Program-made: the position numbers and the translations under genes
In this document: piece by piece, positions 48,726-58,370 of the stretch
Layout: the number at the start of each line of letters is the position of its first letter
Numbering within the stretch: position 1 is the first letter of the stretch
The notes under the pieces: model-generated
What the model was told of the DNA's origin: nothing
The model's input: the letters and a program-made list of their open reading frames with translations, nothing else
Databases searched by the model: none
Assembly: GCA_016186955.1 (NCBI GenBank)
Contig: JACPKP010000004.1
Location: 71,288 to 135,287, forward strand
From: Candidatus Daviesbacteria bacterium
GTDB lineage: Bacteria; Patescibacteriota; Microgenomatia; Daviesbacterales; UBA10151
DNA length: 64,000 nucleotides
Reading direction: 5' to 3'

Positions 48726-49565
48726 ATGAAAAAGATAATTACCAAAGGAATAAAAGTGTATACGTTTCAGCAAAATGAAATAGATTACATCTCCCTCACT
48801 GATATTGCCAGGTACAAAGATAAAGAAAGAACAGACTATATCATCCAAAATTGGATGAGGAATAGAGAAACTATAGAGTTCTTGGGTATTTGGGAACAAA
48901 TCAATAATACAAATTTTAAACCCATCGAATTCGATGGGTTAAGAAAAAATGCAGGATTAAATAGTTTTTCACTTACTCCTAAAAGATGGGTCTCTTCTGT
49001 CAATGCCATTGGCATTATTGCAAAATCGGGCAGATATGGAGGTGGGACATTTGCACACAAAGATATTGCTTTTGAATTTGCTTCCTGGATTAGCGCTGAA
49101 TTTAAGCTTTACTTGATTAAAGAATTTCAACGACTCAAAGTTGAGGAAAACGAGAGGTTAATTTTAGGTTGGGATGTTAAGCGTCAGCTGACCAAAATTA
49201 ATTATCTTATCCATACAGATTCCATTAAGGAAAACTTAATCCCTCTGTCAATTACTAAAAATCAAGCCAAAGTCATTTATGCCTCGGAAGCAGATATCTT
49301 GAACGTGGCTTTGTTTGGTAAAACCGCAAAAGAATGGCGCGATGAAAATAAGGATAAAGATGGTAATATCCGTGATTATTGTGACGTTACACAATTAGTA
49401 GTTTTGGCTAATCTTGAAGGTATTAATGCCGAGCTAATTCGTCAAGGCTTGCCTCAATCTAAGAGATTAGTTCAACTAAACCAGATCGCTATCTCCCAAA
49501 TGCAATCTTTACTTGGTAATGCCTCAATAAGCAAAGCTTTTCTACGAATAAAGAAATTAAAATAA
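48726..49565 (+). CDS. KilA-N domain DNA-binding protein
   Basis: DYISLTDIA, IQNWMR, GRYGGGTFAHKDIAFEFASWIS. Confidence 0.88.
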   Translation: MKKIITKGIKVYTFQQNEIDYISLTDIARYKDKERTDYIIQNWMRNRETIEFLGIWEQINNTNFKPIEFDGLRKNAGLNSFSLTPKRWVSSVNAIGIIAKSGRYGGGTFAHKDIAFEFASWISAEFKLYLIKEFQRLKVEENERLILGWDVKRQLTKINYLIHTDSIKENLIPLSITKNQAKVIYASEADILNVALFGKTAKEWRDENKDKDGNIRDYCDVTQLVVLANLEGINAELIRQGLPQSKRLVQLNQIAISQMQSLLGNASISKAFLRIKKLK

Positions 49566-49686
49566 ATGATTAAATTATCGAGGGCTAAATTAGAATTACT
49601 TTTTGAATATCCCCGTTGTTTCTGGTTATCTTGACTTTCGGGCTATAGTCCTGAGTCTTGCCGAAGGGTAATTTATGGTTTAGAGT
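49566..49686 (+). repeat. Cassette-boundary direct repeat, copy 3
   Basis: Starts directly after the KilA-N stop; the 3' half matches copies 1-2 except TAGAGT. Confidence 0.95.
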
Positions 49687-49695
49687 AGAATTTAT

Positions 49696-50727
49696 ATGAA
49701 AAAAGGCAGACAAATTATTAAACAAAATAGCTTCACCGAGTTTTTGCTTTATACAACGCCAAATGGAAAAGTAAAGGTAGAGATATTTCTTCATAATGAA
49801 AATATCTGGTTAACTCAATCTAAAATAGCAGAGCTTTTTGGAGTGCAGAGGCCGGCAATTACCAAGCATCTAAAAAACATATTTGAGACTATGGAGTTGA
49901 ACGAGAAATCAGTTAGTTCCATTTTGGAACATACTGCCAAAGACGGTAAGAAGTACAAAACCCTATTCTATAACCTTGATGCGATTATTTCGGTTGGATA
50001 CAGAATAAACAGCTCTCAAGCAACGCAGTTCCGTATTTGGGCAACAGAAAGACTTAAAGAATACATAATTAAAGGATTTACCATGGATGATGAAAGACTC
50101 AGGGATCCCTACAATATCTTTGGAAAAGATTATTTTGAAGAACAACTTGCCCGAATAAGGGATATACGTTCAAGCGAAAGGCGTATGTACCAGAAGATCA
50201 CTGATATTTACGCACAATGCAGCGCTGATTACGATCCAAATGAAGAAATTACCAGGCAATTTTTTGCGACAGTGCAAAACAAACTCCATTTTGCGATTAC
50301 CAATAAAACTGCCGCAGAGATAATACACGAAAGAGTAGATAGCGCCAAACCATATATGGGGCTCACTGTTTGGAAAAATTCTCCAAAAGGTGCTATTCGG
50401 GAATCCGATGTCATTATTGCCAAAAACTATCTTAATGAAAAAGAACTGGATCATTTAAATAGAATTGTTACCATGTATCTTGATTATGCAGAAATGCAAG
50501 CCGAGCGTGGGATTGTCATGTATATGAAGGACTGGGTAGCAAAGCTGGACGCCTTTCTTAAATTTAATGAGCAACAAATACTTAGTGACACTGGACTCAT
50601 AAGCCACGAGGTTGCAGAATCTCTGGCCTTGAAAGAATTTGAAAAATATCGCAGGGAGCGGGACAAAAACTACATATCAGATTTTGACCGCGAAATGAAA
50701 AAACTTTTGAAGAGAGCAAGGAAATAA
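49696..50727 (+). CDS. RhuM family (virulence RhuM-like) DNA-binding protein
   Basis: IWLTQSKIAELFG, YNLDAIISVGYRINS..ATQFRIWA, RDIRSSERR, VQNKLH, AKNYL. Confidence 0.9.
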   Translation: MKKGRQIIKQNSFTEFLLYTTPNGKVKVEIFLHNENIWLTQSKIAELFGVQRPAITKHLKNIFETMELNEKSVSSILEHTAKDGKKYKTLFYNLDAIISVGYRINSSQATQFRIWATERLKEYIIKGFTMDDERLRDPYNIFGKDYFEEQLARIRDIRSSERRMYQKITDIYAQCSADYDPNEEITRQFFATVQNKLHFAITNKTAAEIIHERVDSAKPYMGLTVWKNSPKGAIRESDVIIAKNYLNEKELDHLNRIVTMYLDYAEMQAERGIVMYMKDWVAKLDAFLKFNEQQILSDTGLISHEVAESLALKEFEKYRRERDKNYISDFDREMKKLLKRARK

Positions 50728-50787
50728 ATGATTAAATTATCGAGGTCTAAATTAGACTTACTTTTTGAATGTCCCCGTTGTTTCTGG
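50728..50787 (+). repeat. Cassette-boundary repeat, copy 4 (5' 60 bp only); 5' fragment of a PD-(D/E)XK nuclease-like gene
   Basis: Encodes MIKLSRSKLDLLFECPRCFW, then diverges; starts directly after the RhuM stop. Confidence 0.9.
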
Positions 50788-50970
50788 GAGCGGGTGAGGG
50801 GAGTAACAACCTTTCGTTTCGCGAAAGAACGTTGCCCCGATAAATCGGGGTCGAACAGCTTTGCACTCCGTGCTGCGCAGCCTAACTCTCCAACCACCCT
50901 TTCAAACAGAAAAACTGGCCACAAGGACCAGTTTTTTGTTCGAGAGCGGGTAATGACAATCTGTTCGAAC
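50787..50970 (-). other. Two tRNA-Gly 3'-end-like fragments (putative att junction) flanking a terminator-like hairpin
   Basis: GGAGCGGGTGAGGGGA (50787-50802) and GAGCGGGTAATGACAATC (50944-50961) resemble the reverse complement of the tRNA-Gly acceptor/T-arm; hairpin AAAAACTGG..CCAGTTTTT at ~50905-50940. Confidence 0.55.
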
Positions 50971-51158
50971 TTTATTTAAAAACCTTTAATGGTTTGATGC
51001 AATGTTTTAGACCCTACCCTCAGGTTTATTCTTTTTGATGCTTGATGTGTTTTTAAACTTAAGGCCTTCTACAAAATCCTCTAATACTGTCGTTAATCTG
51101 GTTAAAAATTAATCCATATTTTCTGACATTAGATTATCTGTGACGGTTACTTTATGTT

Positions 51159-51362
51159 TCATGAACCAAAAAGAAAATGCCACATCTTTTCTACAAGAAA
51201 CCAACCAAAAAACCCTGCAATAACATATAATGGGAACCGCTTAAACTCTCCTAATATCTCTTTAATCTCGTTTAATACACCATTCTGGTAAGATATTTGC
51301 TCACTAAGTGTTTCCAATTGTTCTTCTAAATTTTCTAAGCTTTTTTTATCCATTTTTAACAT
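51159..51362 (-). CDS. Small coiled-coil protein with C-terminal TM helix
   Basis: LENLEEQLETL... followed by a hydrophobic helix. Confidence 0.55.
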   Translation of the reverse strand: MLKMDKKSLENLEEQLETLSEQISYQNGVLNEIKEILGEFKRFPLYVIAGFFGWFLVEKMWHFLFGS

Positions 51363-51374
51363 TCTACCATAAAT

Positions 51375-51402
51375 TTGACTTTCGGGTAACCTATGGTATT
51401 AT
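51375..51402 (+). promoter_or_regulatory. Putative promoter; insert-free version of the promoter in the cassette repeats
   Basis: TTGACTTTCGGGTAACCTATGGTATTAT vs repeat TTGACTTTCGGG[26-bp insert]TAATTTATGGTTTAAAGT. Confidence 0.55.
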
Positions 51403-51595
51403 TAAAATAATAATTACTTTGCTTCACAAAAAGCGGTAATTAGGTTTTAGATTTGCTGGGTCTTTAGAAGGAGCACAGGAATCTAGGAATCTGACGTTCA
51501 CTTAAGAAAAAGAAATGCGGTCGCAAGACAAACAGCTTTTTCACTTGGACTATTGCAGGTTCTTGGACTTTTGTGCTTTTTTAATGTAAAAAAAT

Positions 51596-52111
51596 ATGCA
51601 AACTTTTGAGTGGAAAACAGACAACCTAGACGAAATGGCCGTGAGAATGGCTCAAATTAGAAAAAATCAAACTGAAGAAACTGAGGCAATCAATTTTAAC
51701 AGGGACTCTAACCCCTTAAATGGTGGAGAAGCTGGTGGGGCGACAGAGGGGATGTGGAAGTACCTTAAAGAGGCACAGGGTGATAACAATAAGGAAAAGT
51801 TCATGGAAGCTAACTCGACTGGTGCTGCTATTGACCGTTTGAGGGAGCAAAAGACAGAGGGGAAAAAGGAAGATTCCAGGACCCAATGGCAAAAAGATCA
51901 AGATATGGCAAGGGAGTTGAGGAATCCTAACTGGAGAGCAGAGTACGAGGCTTCAAGAGGTTTTGATAGGGCCGAATATTTGGCAGCGTTGCCAGTAGTA
52001 CAGAATGGAAAAACATATCATAAAGACGGCAGGGTGTGGGCCCGACAGGATTGGGATGCACTAAAGGAAAAACATGGACAACCGAAGCATTATCAGGGAA
52101 AGGAGGGTTAA
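51596..52111 (+). CDS. Hypothetical element protein
   Basis: 171-aa ORF, first gene of a four-gene + strand cluster. Confidence 0.7.
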   Translation: MQTFEWKTDNLDEMAVRMAQIRKNQTEETEAINFNRDSNPLNGGEAGGATEGMWKYLKEAQGDNNKEKFMEANSTGAAIDRLREQKTEGKKEDSRTQWQKDQDMARELRNPNWRAEYEASRGFDRAEYLAALPVVQNGKTYHKDGRVWARQDWDALKEKHGQPKHYQGKEG

Positions 52112-52114
52112 TTT

Positions 52115-52300
52115 ATGAAGACAGCAAATGATAGATTTTTTGTACATAATATTGAGTTCGAGCCTGATGCCGGAGCAGAAATGCTCAAGAAACAATGGGC
52201 GATAGGTTTGGATACAAAGAATCATGGAAAATTAAGTGGAGAGCGGAAACGAAGTGCCTATGCTCAGAAAGCTAATAACTCTTTGACAGGAGAAAGATAA
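52115..52300 (+). CDS. Small hypothetical protein
   Basis: 61 aa; GGAGG RBS; tightly packed between neighbours. Confidence 0.55.
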   Translation: MKTANDRFFVHNIEFEPDAGAEMLKKQWAIGLDTKNHGKLSGERKRSAYAQKANNSLTGER

Positions 52301-52303
52301 GAT

Positions 52304-53368
52304 ATGGCTATACCATTGCAACTCTTACCTAATGTCTTTAATGCAGCCCAAAAAGCTGTAGGACAGCTATCCCAACCCGTATATCAGGTAGGGAAAACAG
52401 CACAACAATTTTTTAATCCAGGTGGAAATGCACCCCAGCGATTCGGTCCTGTTAACCCCCCAACAGATCAGGGTGATTATCTAGAGCAAGTCCCCTCAAT
52501 GAACATTCCAGAATTGGATCTAAGCCCATACATCGAGCAGCAACAGCGGGAAATGGAGCTGGCACAAGCCGGATATAGCGAAAATATTGCAGAAATAGGA
52601 TCGCAGACTGAAAAACAAAAGGGGCTAATCGAAGCAAACAAACAATCGGCCTTGGGTGATCTGGCCTCAAGCCAGGAACAATCACAAAACACTGCGGAAA
52701 GGGCAATCAATGAAGCAAGGAGGGCGCAGGCGGAATTATCTCAGGGATTATCAGCCAGATATGGTACAGGTGTATCAACAGGTCTTGGAGCTCAAGCGAT
52801 CCTGGGAGCTCAAACAGTCAAAAATATTGGGGAGACTCGCCAGAGCCTAGCTGCAAGATTGGGAGAAATTCAAAAAAGAAAAGAACAGGTAACAAACGAA
52901 GCTAACAGACTGGTACTAGATGCTGACCAACAAGCGGAAGTATTGAAACAAAGAGCTTCGGTTGCCTTGAAAGAGGGTTTGGCAGCAGCCAGTAGGTACA
53001 GACTAGAAGGAACTCGCGCCAGGCAGGATCTTATAAATTCATATATGAGCCAGTACCGGGATATTGTTGCAGGGGTCAACGCTAGAAATGCAGCTTTTAA
53101 GCAGGCTATCGCAAAACAATTAATGGCTAATGAAATTTCTCTGAATAAATATTACCAAACTACAGCTACTGCAAGAGATACTGTAGATTTAAATGATAGA
53201 TTTGCATTATATAAAGCTGGAAAATTGTCTGCCCCGGCAGTTGACCAGCTTGAGCAAGACGCACAACTCCCTTCGGGTTCTCTGATCAGATCAACAGAAA
53301 TAGACGAAAACGATCCTTTCGCTGGATTGAAGAAAATCTCACAGGTTGGGATTGGTAATCTTGCATAA
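52304..53368 (+). CDS. Gln/Ala-rich coiled-coil protein, possible virion DNA-ejection/pilot protein
   Basis: Long heptad Q/A/E/R helices with a G-rich STGLG hinge; function inferred from composition and context. Confidence 0.5.
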   Translation: MAIPLQLLPNVFNAAQKAVGQLSQPVYQVGKTAQQFFNPGGNAPQRFGPVNPPTDQGDYLEQVPSMNIPELDLSPYIEQQQREMELAQAGYSENIAEIGSQTEKQKGLIEANKQSALGDLASSQEQSQNTAERAINEARRAQAELSQGLSARYGTGVSTGLGAQAILGAQTVKNIGETRQSLAARLGEIQKRKEQVTNEANRLVLDADQQAEVLKQRASVALKEGLAAASRYRLEGTRARQDLINSYMSQYRDIVAGVNARNAAFKQAIAKQLMANEISLNKYYQTTATARDTVDLNDRFALYKAGKLSAPAVDQLEQDAQLPSGSLIRSTEIDENDPFAGLKKISQVGIGNLA

Positions 53369-53374
53369 TTATGT

Positions 53375-56300
53375 ATGGCACTTCCCTTTTTATCGGATAT
53401 AGAACAAAAAATCACAGATGCTAGAGATGCAGCGCAACGCATTTTGAAGCAACCTCAAAATTTTATTCAAGGTTTTAAACCCTCCGCAATAAATACCCTA
53501 AACACAATTACAAAAGCTGTATCAAGCTATCTGCCACAGTATGCACCCCAAACCCAACAGGTTAAGCCACAACCATTGTCTGCAATTAGAAAACAAGCAG
53601 AGAATTATTTAAACGCAGGATTAAACACAGCACAAAATTATGGAAACTATTTAAAGACTGAGGGGAGAAGATTGACCAGCCCGGAGTTCTTCAAACCAAA
53701 ATTCACTTTCGCAGATGAAATTAAAAATCCAGTGCTTAATTTTGCTGCACAGATCCCTCAATCTATTTTAAACGCACCCATTAACACAGGCGAGGGATTA
53801 GTTAATCTACCCAGGTCAAAATCCCCACAACAGGTTATTTCTAACGCAGCCAAGATTGCAGACTTACCCCTAACTTTGGCTACTTTTGGAGCTGGGGGCA
53901 CTGCTTTAAATATTGGCAAGCAAGGATTAAAGTCATCAATTTTGAAAGGTGGGTTAGAAGGGTTAAAATACGGTGCTGCTTATGGTGGTTTGTCTGGTTT
54001 GCGGGAAGGCGAGAATCTTAATTTGGAGGAACAATTAAGAATAGGGGCTGAAAGGGCAGTATTGGGTGGTGTAGGAGGGGCGGTTGTAGGGGGAGTGGTA
54101 CCATTGGTAGGTTATGGAATTGATAGGGGCGGTAAATTTGTTGTAAAAATCATGGGAGATGAAAAGGGTTTTGTTAAAATTCCGGGTAAAAAACCACCTA
54201 TTTTAGCAAAAGCGATTGAAGACGCAATTAATGGTGATGATTTAGCAAAAGCCCAGGATATTATTGACAAGTTACCTGATAAAAACCCCTATAAAGCCCC
54301 GTTTCAAAGCACACTAAATGCTCATATTAAAAACCAAAGTACAGCAGGGAAATATTCATACAATATCAATTTAGACAGACTAAAGCTATCGCCAAAAGAA
54401 AAAAAGGTTTTCGACACAAGAATTTCTACTGCAAAAAACATACTAGAAAAAGCCAAGGGGCAGAAGCTAACGGATGAAGAAGTGATTAATGCTGCAAAAA
54501 CCTCAGAGATTTTACAAAACGTAACTTCTAGGGAAGACACAGTGAGAGCTAATGCTGCTATGCTTAGAGCCCGCCAAAATATGGTTGAGCTTGATAAAAA
54601 CCTTGATGTTTACATTAAAAAAGGAAATGTCTTAAAAGCCCGGACAACAATGGCCGATTTGGTTGACTCTCTTAGGGTTGTTTCTTCTGAAGCAGCGGAC
54701 AGAGGACGGAAATTACAGAGCTTGTCTATTGAAGCCGGAGATGAAAGTTTAAGAAGTCAGGTTTTAAGAAGTATTGCTCGAGTTGAAAATGATAGCAACA
54801 GGATAGCAAAAGAAGCCTTAAAAGTTAACTGGAATAATGCAAACTCGATTACTACTTTCTACCGGCAGTTTGTCAAACCCAGCACAGGGGAGATATTGGA
54901 TGAGTTTAGGTATAATAACATCCTCTCTAATCCTCTTACCCACGAACGGAACGCATTTTCAAATCTCATCCAGACCTTTATATCAAGACCACTAACCCTG
55001 GTAGTACAAGGTGATATAAGCGGTGCAGGCAGATATTACAAAGGTGCGTTTGGGAGTTTTCCTGATGCTATAAAAGCATTTCAGGACTCGTTTTTAGGGA
55101 AGGGATTGATTCAAAAGCCCGATTTATCGAGGTTATCGACCAAAAAAATACCGGGAGCCTTGACAATCCCCACCAGGGCAATGGAGGCCTCAGACAGATT
55201 TTTTCAAACAATAATCTCATCCGGTGAAAGAGCACGAGGTGTCAGCAGCAAAGAAGCGGAAAAGATAGCCCAGTATTCACTATTCAGATCCATTTTAGAC
55301 CCTTCAAATAGAACAGGGCAGGGAGTGTTATTATCAAAAATTGATAACGCTACATTGGGAATTTACCAACTGGGGGAGAAGGTGCCAGGTCTCAGATGGT
55401 TCGTTCCTTTTTTGCAAACTCCGATGAATGTCGCAAAACAGTGGCTTGAATATTCCCCAGGGGGTTTTGCGACAATCCCGGGAGCAGCCAAGCCAAAAGA
55501 ACAAATTGCAAAAGCCGTGATTGGATCGGTTATAACTGCGATGGGTGGTTGGTTAGCCAGTCAAGACAAAACAACCTGGTCAGCCCCGGTTGACCCTAAA
55601 GCAAAAGAGCTTTTCTATGCTTCAGGCAGGAAACCTTTTAGTATTAAGGTGGGTGATGCTTGGGTGCCAATGCCATTTTTAGGGGTGTACGCCTTTCCGG
55701 TTGCGTTAGCTGCTGCTGCAAAGTATTATCAGGATGAGTCCAGAACGGCATTGACTGATTCACAGATTGAGAGGTTGACCAAAGGGGTGTTTTCTATGAC
55801 TGAGTTTTTTAGTCAACAGACTTTTATGGAGGGGCTTGGTAATTTCGTTTCTCTGGTCAAAGGTGATAAAGATTATTCTCTGCCGGCAAACCTGGCATTT
55901 ACCGCACAACAGATAATACCCTTAAATGGGCTGGTAGGTTACATAAGCCGAATTTTAGATCCTATCTTCAGGAAAGCAGATGGTGAAGGTATTGGTGGTA
56001 AATTTATTGCTGGAGTCCAAAGGAATATTCCATTTCTCTCAAGTGGGCTTCCGGCTTATACAAACCCCTTGGGTGAGGAATCCAGACGGAACATTTCAAG
56101 CTATCTTGCGCCCTATGCTTTGGGAGTTCAAGACAAGAGGTTTGAACAACAGTATCAGGGTAGGGAGATCTTGCTACAAAGTAATGATGTTTTGAATAAA
56201 ATCGATGATGCGATAGTAAATGGGAGAGTACCAACAGGGGATCCGGCATTAGTTGAATTTAGGCAAGCGGAATACTATTACAAAAAAATATTAAACAGAG

Positions 56301-56578
56301 AAGCTTCCGTTGATGATCTAATCTCACAAGATAAAATTACCAAAGGGTTGGCAGAGAAAATACTAATTATTAGAAACCTTGATAAAAACTTGAAAATTTC
56401 CTCACAAGATAGGATGTTACCATTTTTTGAGCCAAAGATTAAAGCTGAACGGATATTACAAAGATTACAGGACTTTGAAAGCGGAAAAGGGAAGAAAGAA
56501 TATCTGGAAAAATTGATTAGGAATAAAATTATTGATCCTGAAACAGCTAGGCTTATATTAGAGCAAACTCCTCAGTGA
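53375..56578 (+). CDS. Large phage-type protein (1067 aa), putative internal virion/ejection protein
   Basis: Gly/Ala-rich hydrophobic hairpins (GAAYGGLSG, GGVGGAVVGG) and a C-terminal region (LSNPLTHERN, FVPFLQTPMN, GRKPFSIKVGD.W) of the kind seen in large phage internal proteins. Confidence 0.55.
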   Translation: MALPFLSDIEQKITDARDAAQRILKQPQNFIQGFKPSAINTLNTITKAVSSYLPQYAPQTQQVKPQPLSAIRKQAENYLNAGLNTAQNYGNYLKTEGRRLTSPEFFKPKFTFADEIKNPVLNFAAQIPQSILNAPINTGEGLVNLPRSKSPQQVISNAAKIADLPLTLATFGAGGTALNIGKQGLKSSILKGGLEGLKYGAAYGGLSGLREGENLNLEEQLRIGAERAVLGGVGGAVVGGVVPLVGYGIDRGGKFVVKIMGDEKGFVKIPGKKPPILAKAIEDAINGDDLAKAQDIIDKLPDKNPYKAPFQSTLNAHIKNQSTAGKYSYNINLDRLKLSPKEKKVFDTRISTAKNILEKAKGQKLTDEEVINAAKTSEILQNVTSREDTVRANAAMLRARQNMVELDKNLDVYIKKGNVLKARTTMADLVDSLRVVSSEAADRGRKLQSLSIEAGDESLRSQVLRSIARVENDSNRIAKEALKVNWNNANSITTFYRQFVKPSTGEILDEFRYNNILSNPLTHERNAFSNLIQTFISRPLTLVVQGDISGAGRYYKGAFGSFPDAIKAFQDSFLGKGLIQKPDLSRLSTKKIPGALTIPTRAMEASDRFFQTIISSGERARGVSSKEAEKIAQYSLFRSILDPSNRTGQGVLLSKIDNATLGIYQLGEKVPGLRWFVPFLQTPMNVAKQWLEYSPGGFATIPGAAKPKEQIAKAVIGSVITAMGGWLASQDKTTWSAPVDPKAKELFYASGRKPFSIKVGDAWVPMPFLGVYAFPVALAAAAKYYQDESRTALTDSQIERLTKGVFSMTEFFSQQTFMEGLGNFVSLVKGDKDYSLPANLAFTAQQIIPLNGLVGYISRILDPIFRKADGEGIGGKFIAGVQRNIPFLSSGLPAYTNPLGEESRRNISSYLAPYALGVQDKRFEQQYQGREILLQSNDVLNKIDDAIVNGRVPTGDPALVEFRQAEYYYKKILNREASVDDLISQDKITKGLAEKILIIRNLDKNLKISSQDRMLPFFEPKIKAERILQRLQDFESGKGKKEYLEKLIRNKIIDPETARLILEQTPQ

Positions 56579-56817
56579 GTGTTTGGGTAATCTTCGGGAC
56601 TTGAAGCCGAAATAGACGGTATTTTGGGCTTTGTATGGCCAGAAAACGGAAGAGATCCAGAGGGTAGGAATATATCTAAGGAAAAAAGTTATAATCCCCT
56701 ATTATTTTTTTCAATGATTAAATTGTTAGCTTCAAGGTAGGACCAAAAATCACCATAAAAAGATTTCTCAACATTTTTAGCTAGGAAATTAAAACGGGAG
56801 TAAAATAGCTTCAAAAA

Positions 56818-57723
56818 TCATTTCCCAACATTCCCGGGGTAAACAGATTTATAAATATCTTCTAATTCCTGGTTTGTGTGGTGCAAATATAACTCCGAAG
56901 TCTGTATGCTGCTATGCCCCAAGAATTTGCTCACATGATAGATGCTGATCCCGTGATTTAATAAATTTGTTGCATAGGAATGTCTTAAGCTATGCGGGGT
57001 TAAACTAACCCCCACTTTCTCACCAGCCTGCTTGACTAATCTTTCGATATGAGTAGGGGTTAAATCAAAAAGCTTATTACTATTTTTCTTTCTAGCTGCC
57101 AGATATTTTTTAATTAGGATGGCGGTTTCGGGGGAGAACTGGATTAACCGCGGTTTTGACCCCTTGCCAAGAATGGTTGTTCTTCCATTTTCAAGATCTG
57201 GTTTAGCTACCTCTAGGGAAACGAGCTCCGATATTCTCAAACCGGAGGTTTGGAGAAGAGACAAAATTGTTTTTAGCCGTAGACCCTTTTTATTTCTGAG
57301 GTCTAAAGAAGCAATCAATTTTTCAATATCTTCGGGGTTGGGGATCTCTTTATACATCCGAACCACCTTAGGCAACTCAATAGCTTCAGCGTCCAGACAA
57401 TCGATTTTCTGGAGCCTTAACCACTTTAAAAGCTGCCGGATTGCAATTAGCTTCAAAGATTGGGTTTTTGGGTTAAGTTTTTGATCTAGCATTATTACCC
57501 GGTAGTCTTCTATGGTTGCTAAGGTAATTTGCTGAATGGGTTTATCTGGACCTGTGAATTTACAGAAGTCTAAAAGGTGTTGTGAGTATTTTTTAACAGT
57601 CCCCAAGCTCTTTTTTTGTGTTAGTGTTAGACTTTTAACATAAACTTTTATTGCCTGGCTTAGGGTTGTTTGAGAATTTTGGTCAAAATTAGTATAATTC
57701 ATATAGTTGTCCGGTTCTGTCAT
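56818..57723 (-). CDS. Tyrosine recombinase/integrase (XerC/D-like fold)
   Basis: SGLRISEL (R), GKGSK (K), HSLRHSYAT (HxxR), LGHSS (H), ELYLH (Y); N-terminal SAM-like domain. Confidence 0.93.
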   Translation of the reverse strand: MTEPDNYMNYTNFDQNSQTTLSQAIKVYVKSLTLTQKKSLGTVKKYSQHLLDFCKFTGPDKPIQQITLATIEDYRVIMLDQKLNPKTQSLKLIAIRQLLKWLRLQKIDCLDAEAIELPKVVRMYKEIPNPEDIEKLIASLDLRNKKGLRLKTILSLLQTSGLRISELVSLEVAKPDLENGRTTILGKGSKPRLIQFSPETAILIKKYLAARKKNSNKLFDLTPTHIERLVKQAGEKVGVSLTPHSLRHSYATNLLNHGISIYHVSKFLGHSSIQTSELYLHHTNQELEDIYKSVYPGNVGK

Positions 57724-57758
57724 TGCTTCAAAACTAAGGCAGGGCCGGATGGCTTTTT

Positions 57759-58190
57759 TTATTTACTTCTTAATTTTTTAATTTTCTCCTTCATAAACTC
57801 AAAGGATTTTTCAAACTCCTGTTCGCTAATATTCAGATTTCCAGTTAATGCTCCGAATTCGAACGCAATAAAATGTGAATAGCAAACGTTAAGGATATTG
57901 TATCTATAAATTTTTACTATATCTCCGGATTTACAAATAACACACTCACCATCTGCGGTATTTATTAAATCCTTAAGATAATTTATTTCGCGTTCCGAAA
58001 AAGGTTTGGCAATTTTCCAACGGGTTCTTCTATCTATTTTTCCGAATGGTATAATCCAACCTTTTTTGATTAAAGCCCTGGCAGTACCACCCTCATTTTT
58101 ACCATCCGCGGTAGCCCATCCCTTATCAGATTCAATAATTTTAAGTAATAATCGGGCTTGTGAAACCTCTAATCTAGCAAAATCTTCCAT
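57759..58190 (-). CDS. Hypothetical protein, possible wHTH + Zn-finger regulator
   Basis: ARALIKKGWI (wHTH-like); ECVICK...VCYSH. Confidence 0.55.
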   Translation of the reverse strand: MEDFARLEVSQARLLLKIIESDKGWATADGKNEGGTARALIKKGWIIPFGKIDRRTRWKIAKPFSEREINYLKDLINTADGECVICKSGDIVKIYRYNILNVCYSHFIAFEFGALTGNLNISEQEFEKSFEFMKEKIKKLRSK

Positions 58191-58370
58191 GCAATAAAAA
58201 CATTATATCATATCCACTACATTATGTCAAATAGTAGTTTAAAGTTCTAAAAAGGGCAAAAAATGAGAAAAATCAAGCTTTGCTACCCACAAAATCCAAG
58301 CAAATCAAGCTGTTAGTGATAAAAGGGATAATTTTAGGTTAACGGGATATTGTATTGACGAAAACTGAAT

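Noticed and set aside
45096-50787. CRISPR array or classical integron explanation for the 121-bp repeats
   Set aside because: The intervening sequences are kb-sized genes, there are no cas genes, and I see no attC R''/R' boxes or IntI-type integrase.
50728-50979. 83-aa ORF as a real protein
   Set aside because: Only the first ~20-26 codons are nuclease-like; the rest reads through palindromes, a terminator and att-like scars.
56818-57723. Host xerC/xerD
   Set aside because: The context (xis, primase-helicase, phage-like ORFs) favours an element integrase, so no gene symbol was assigned.
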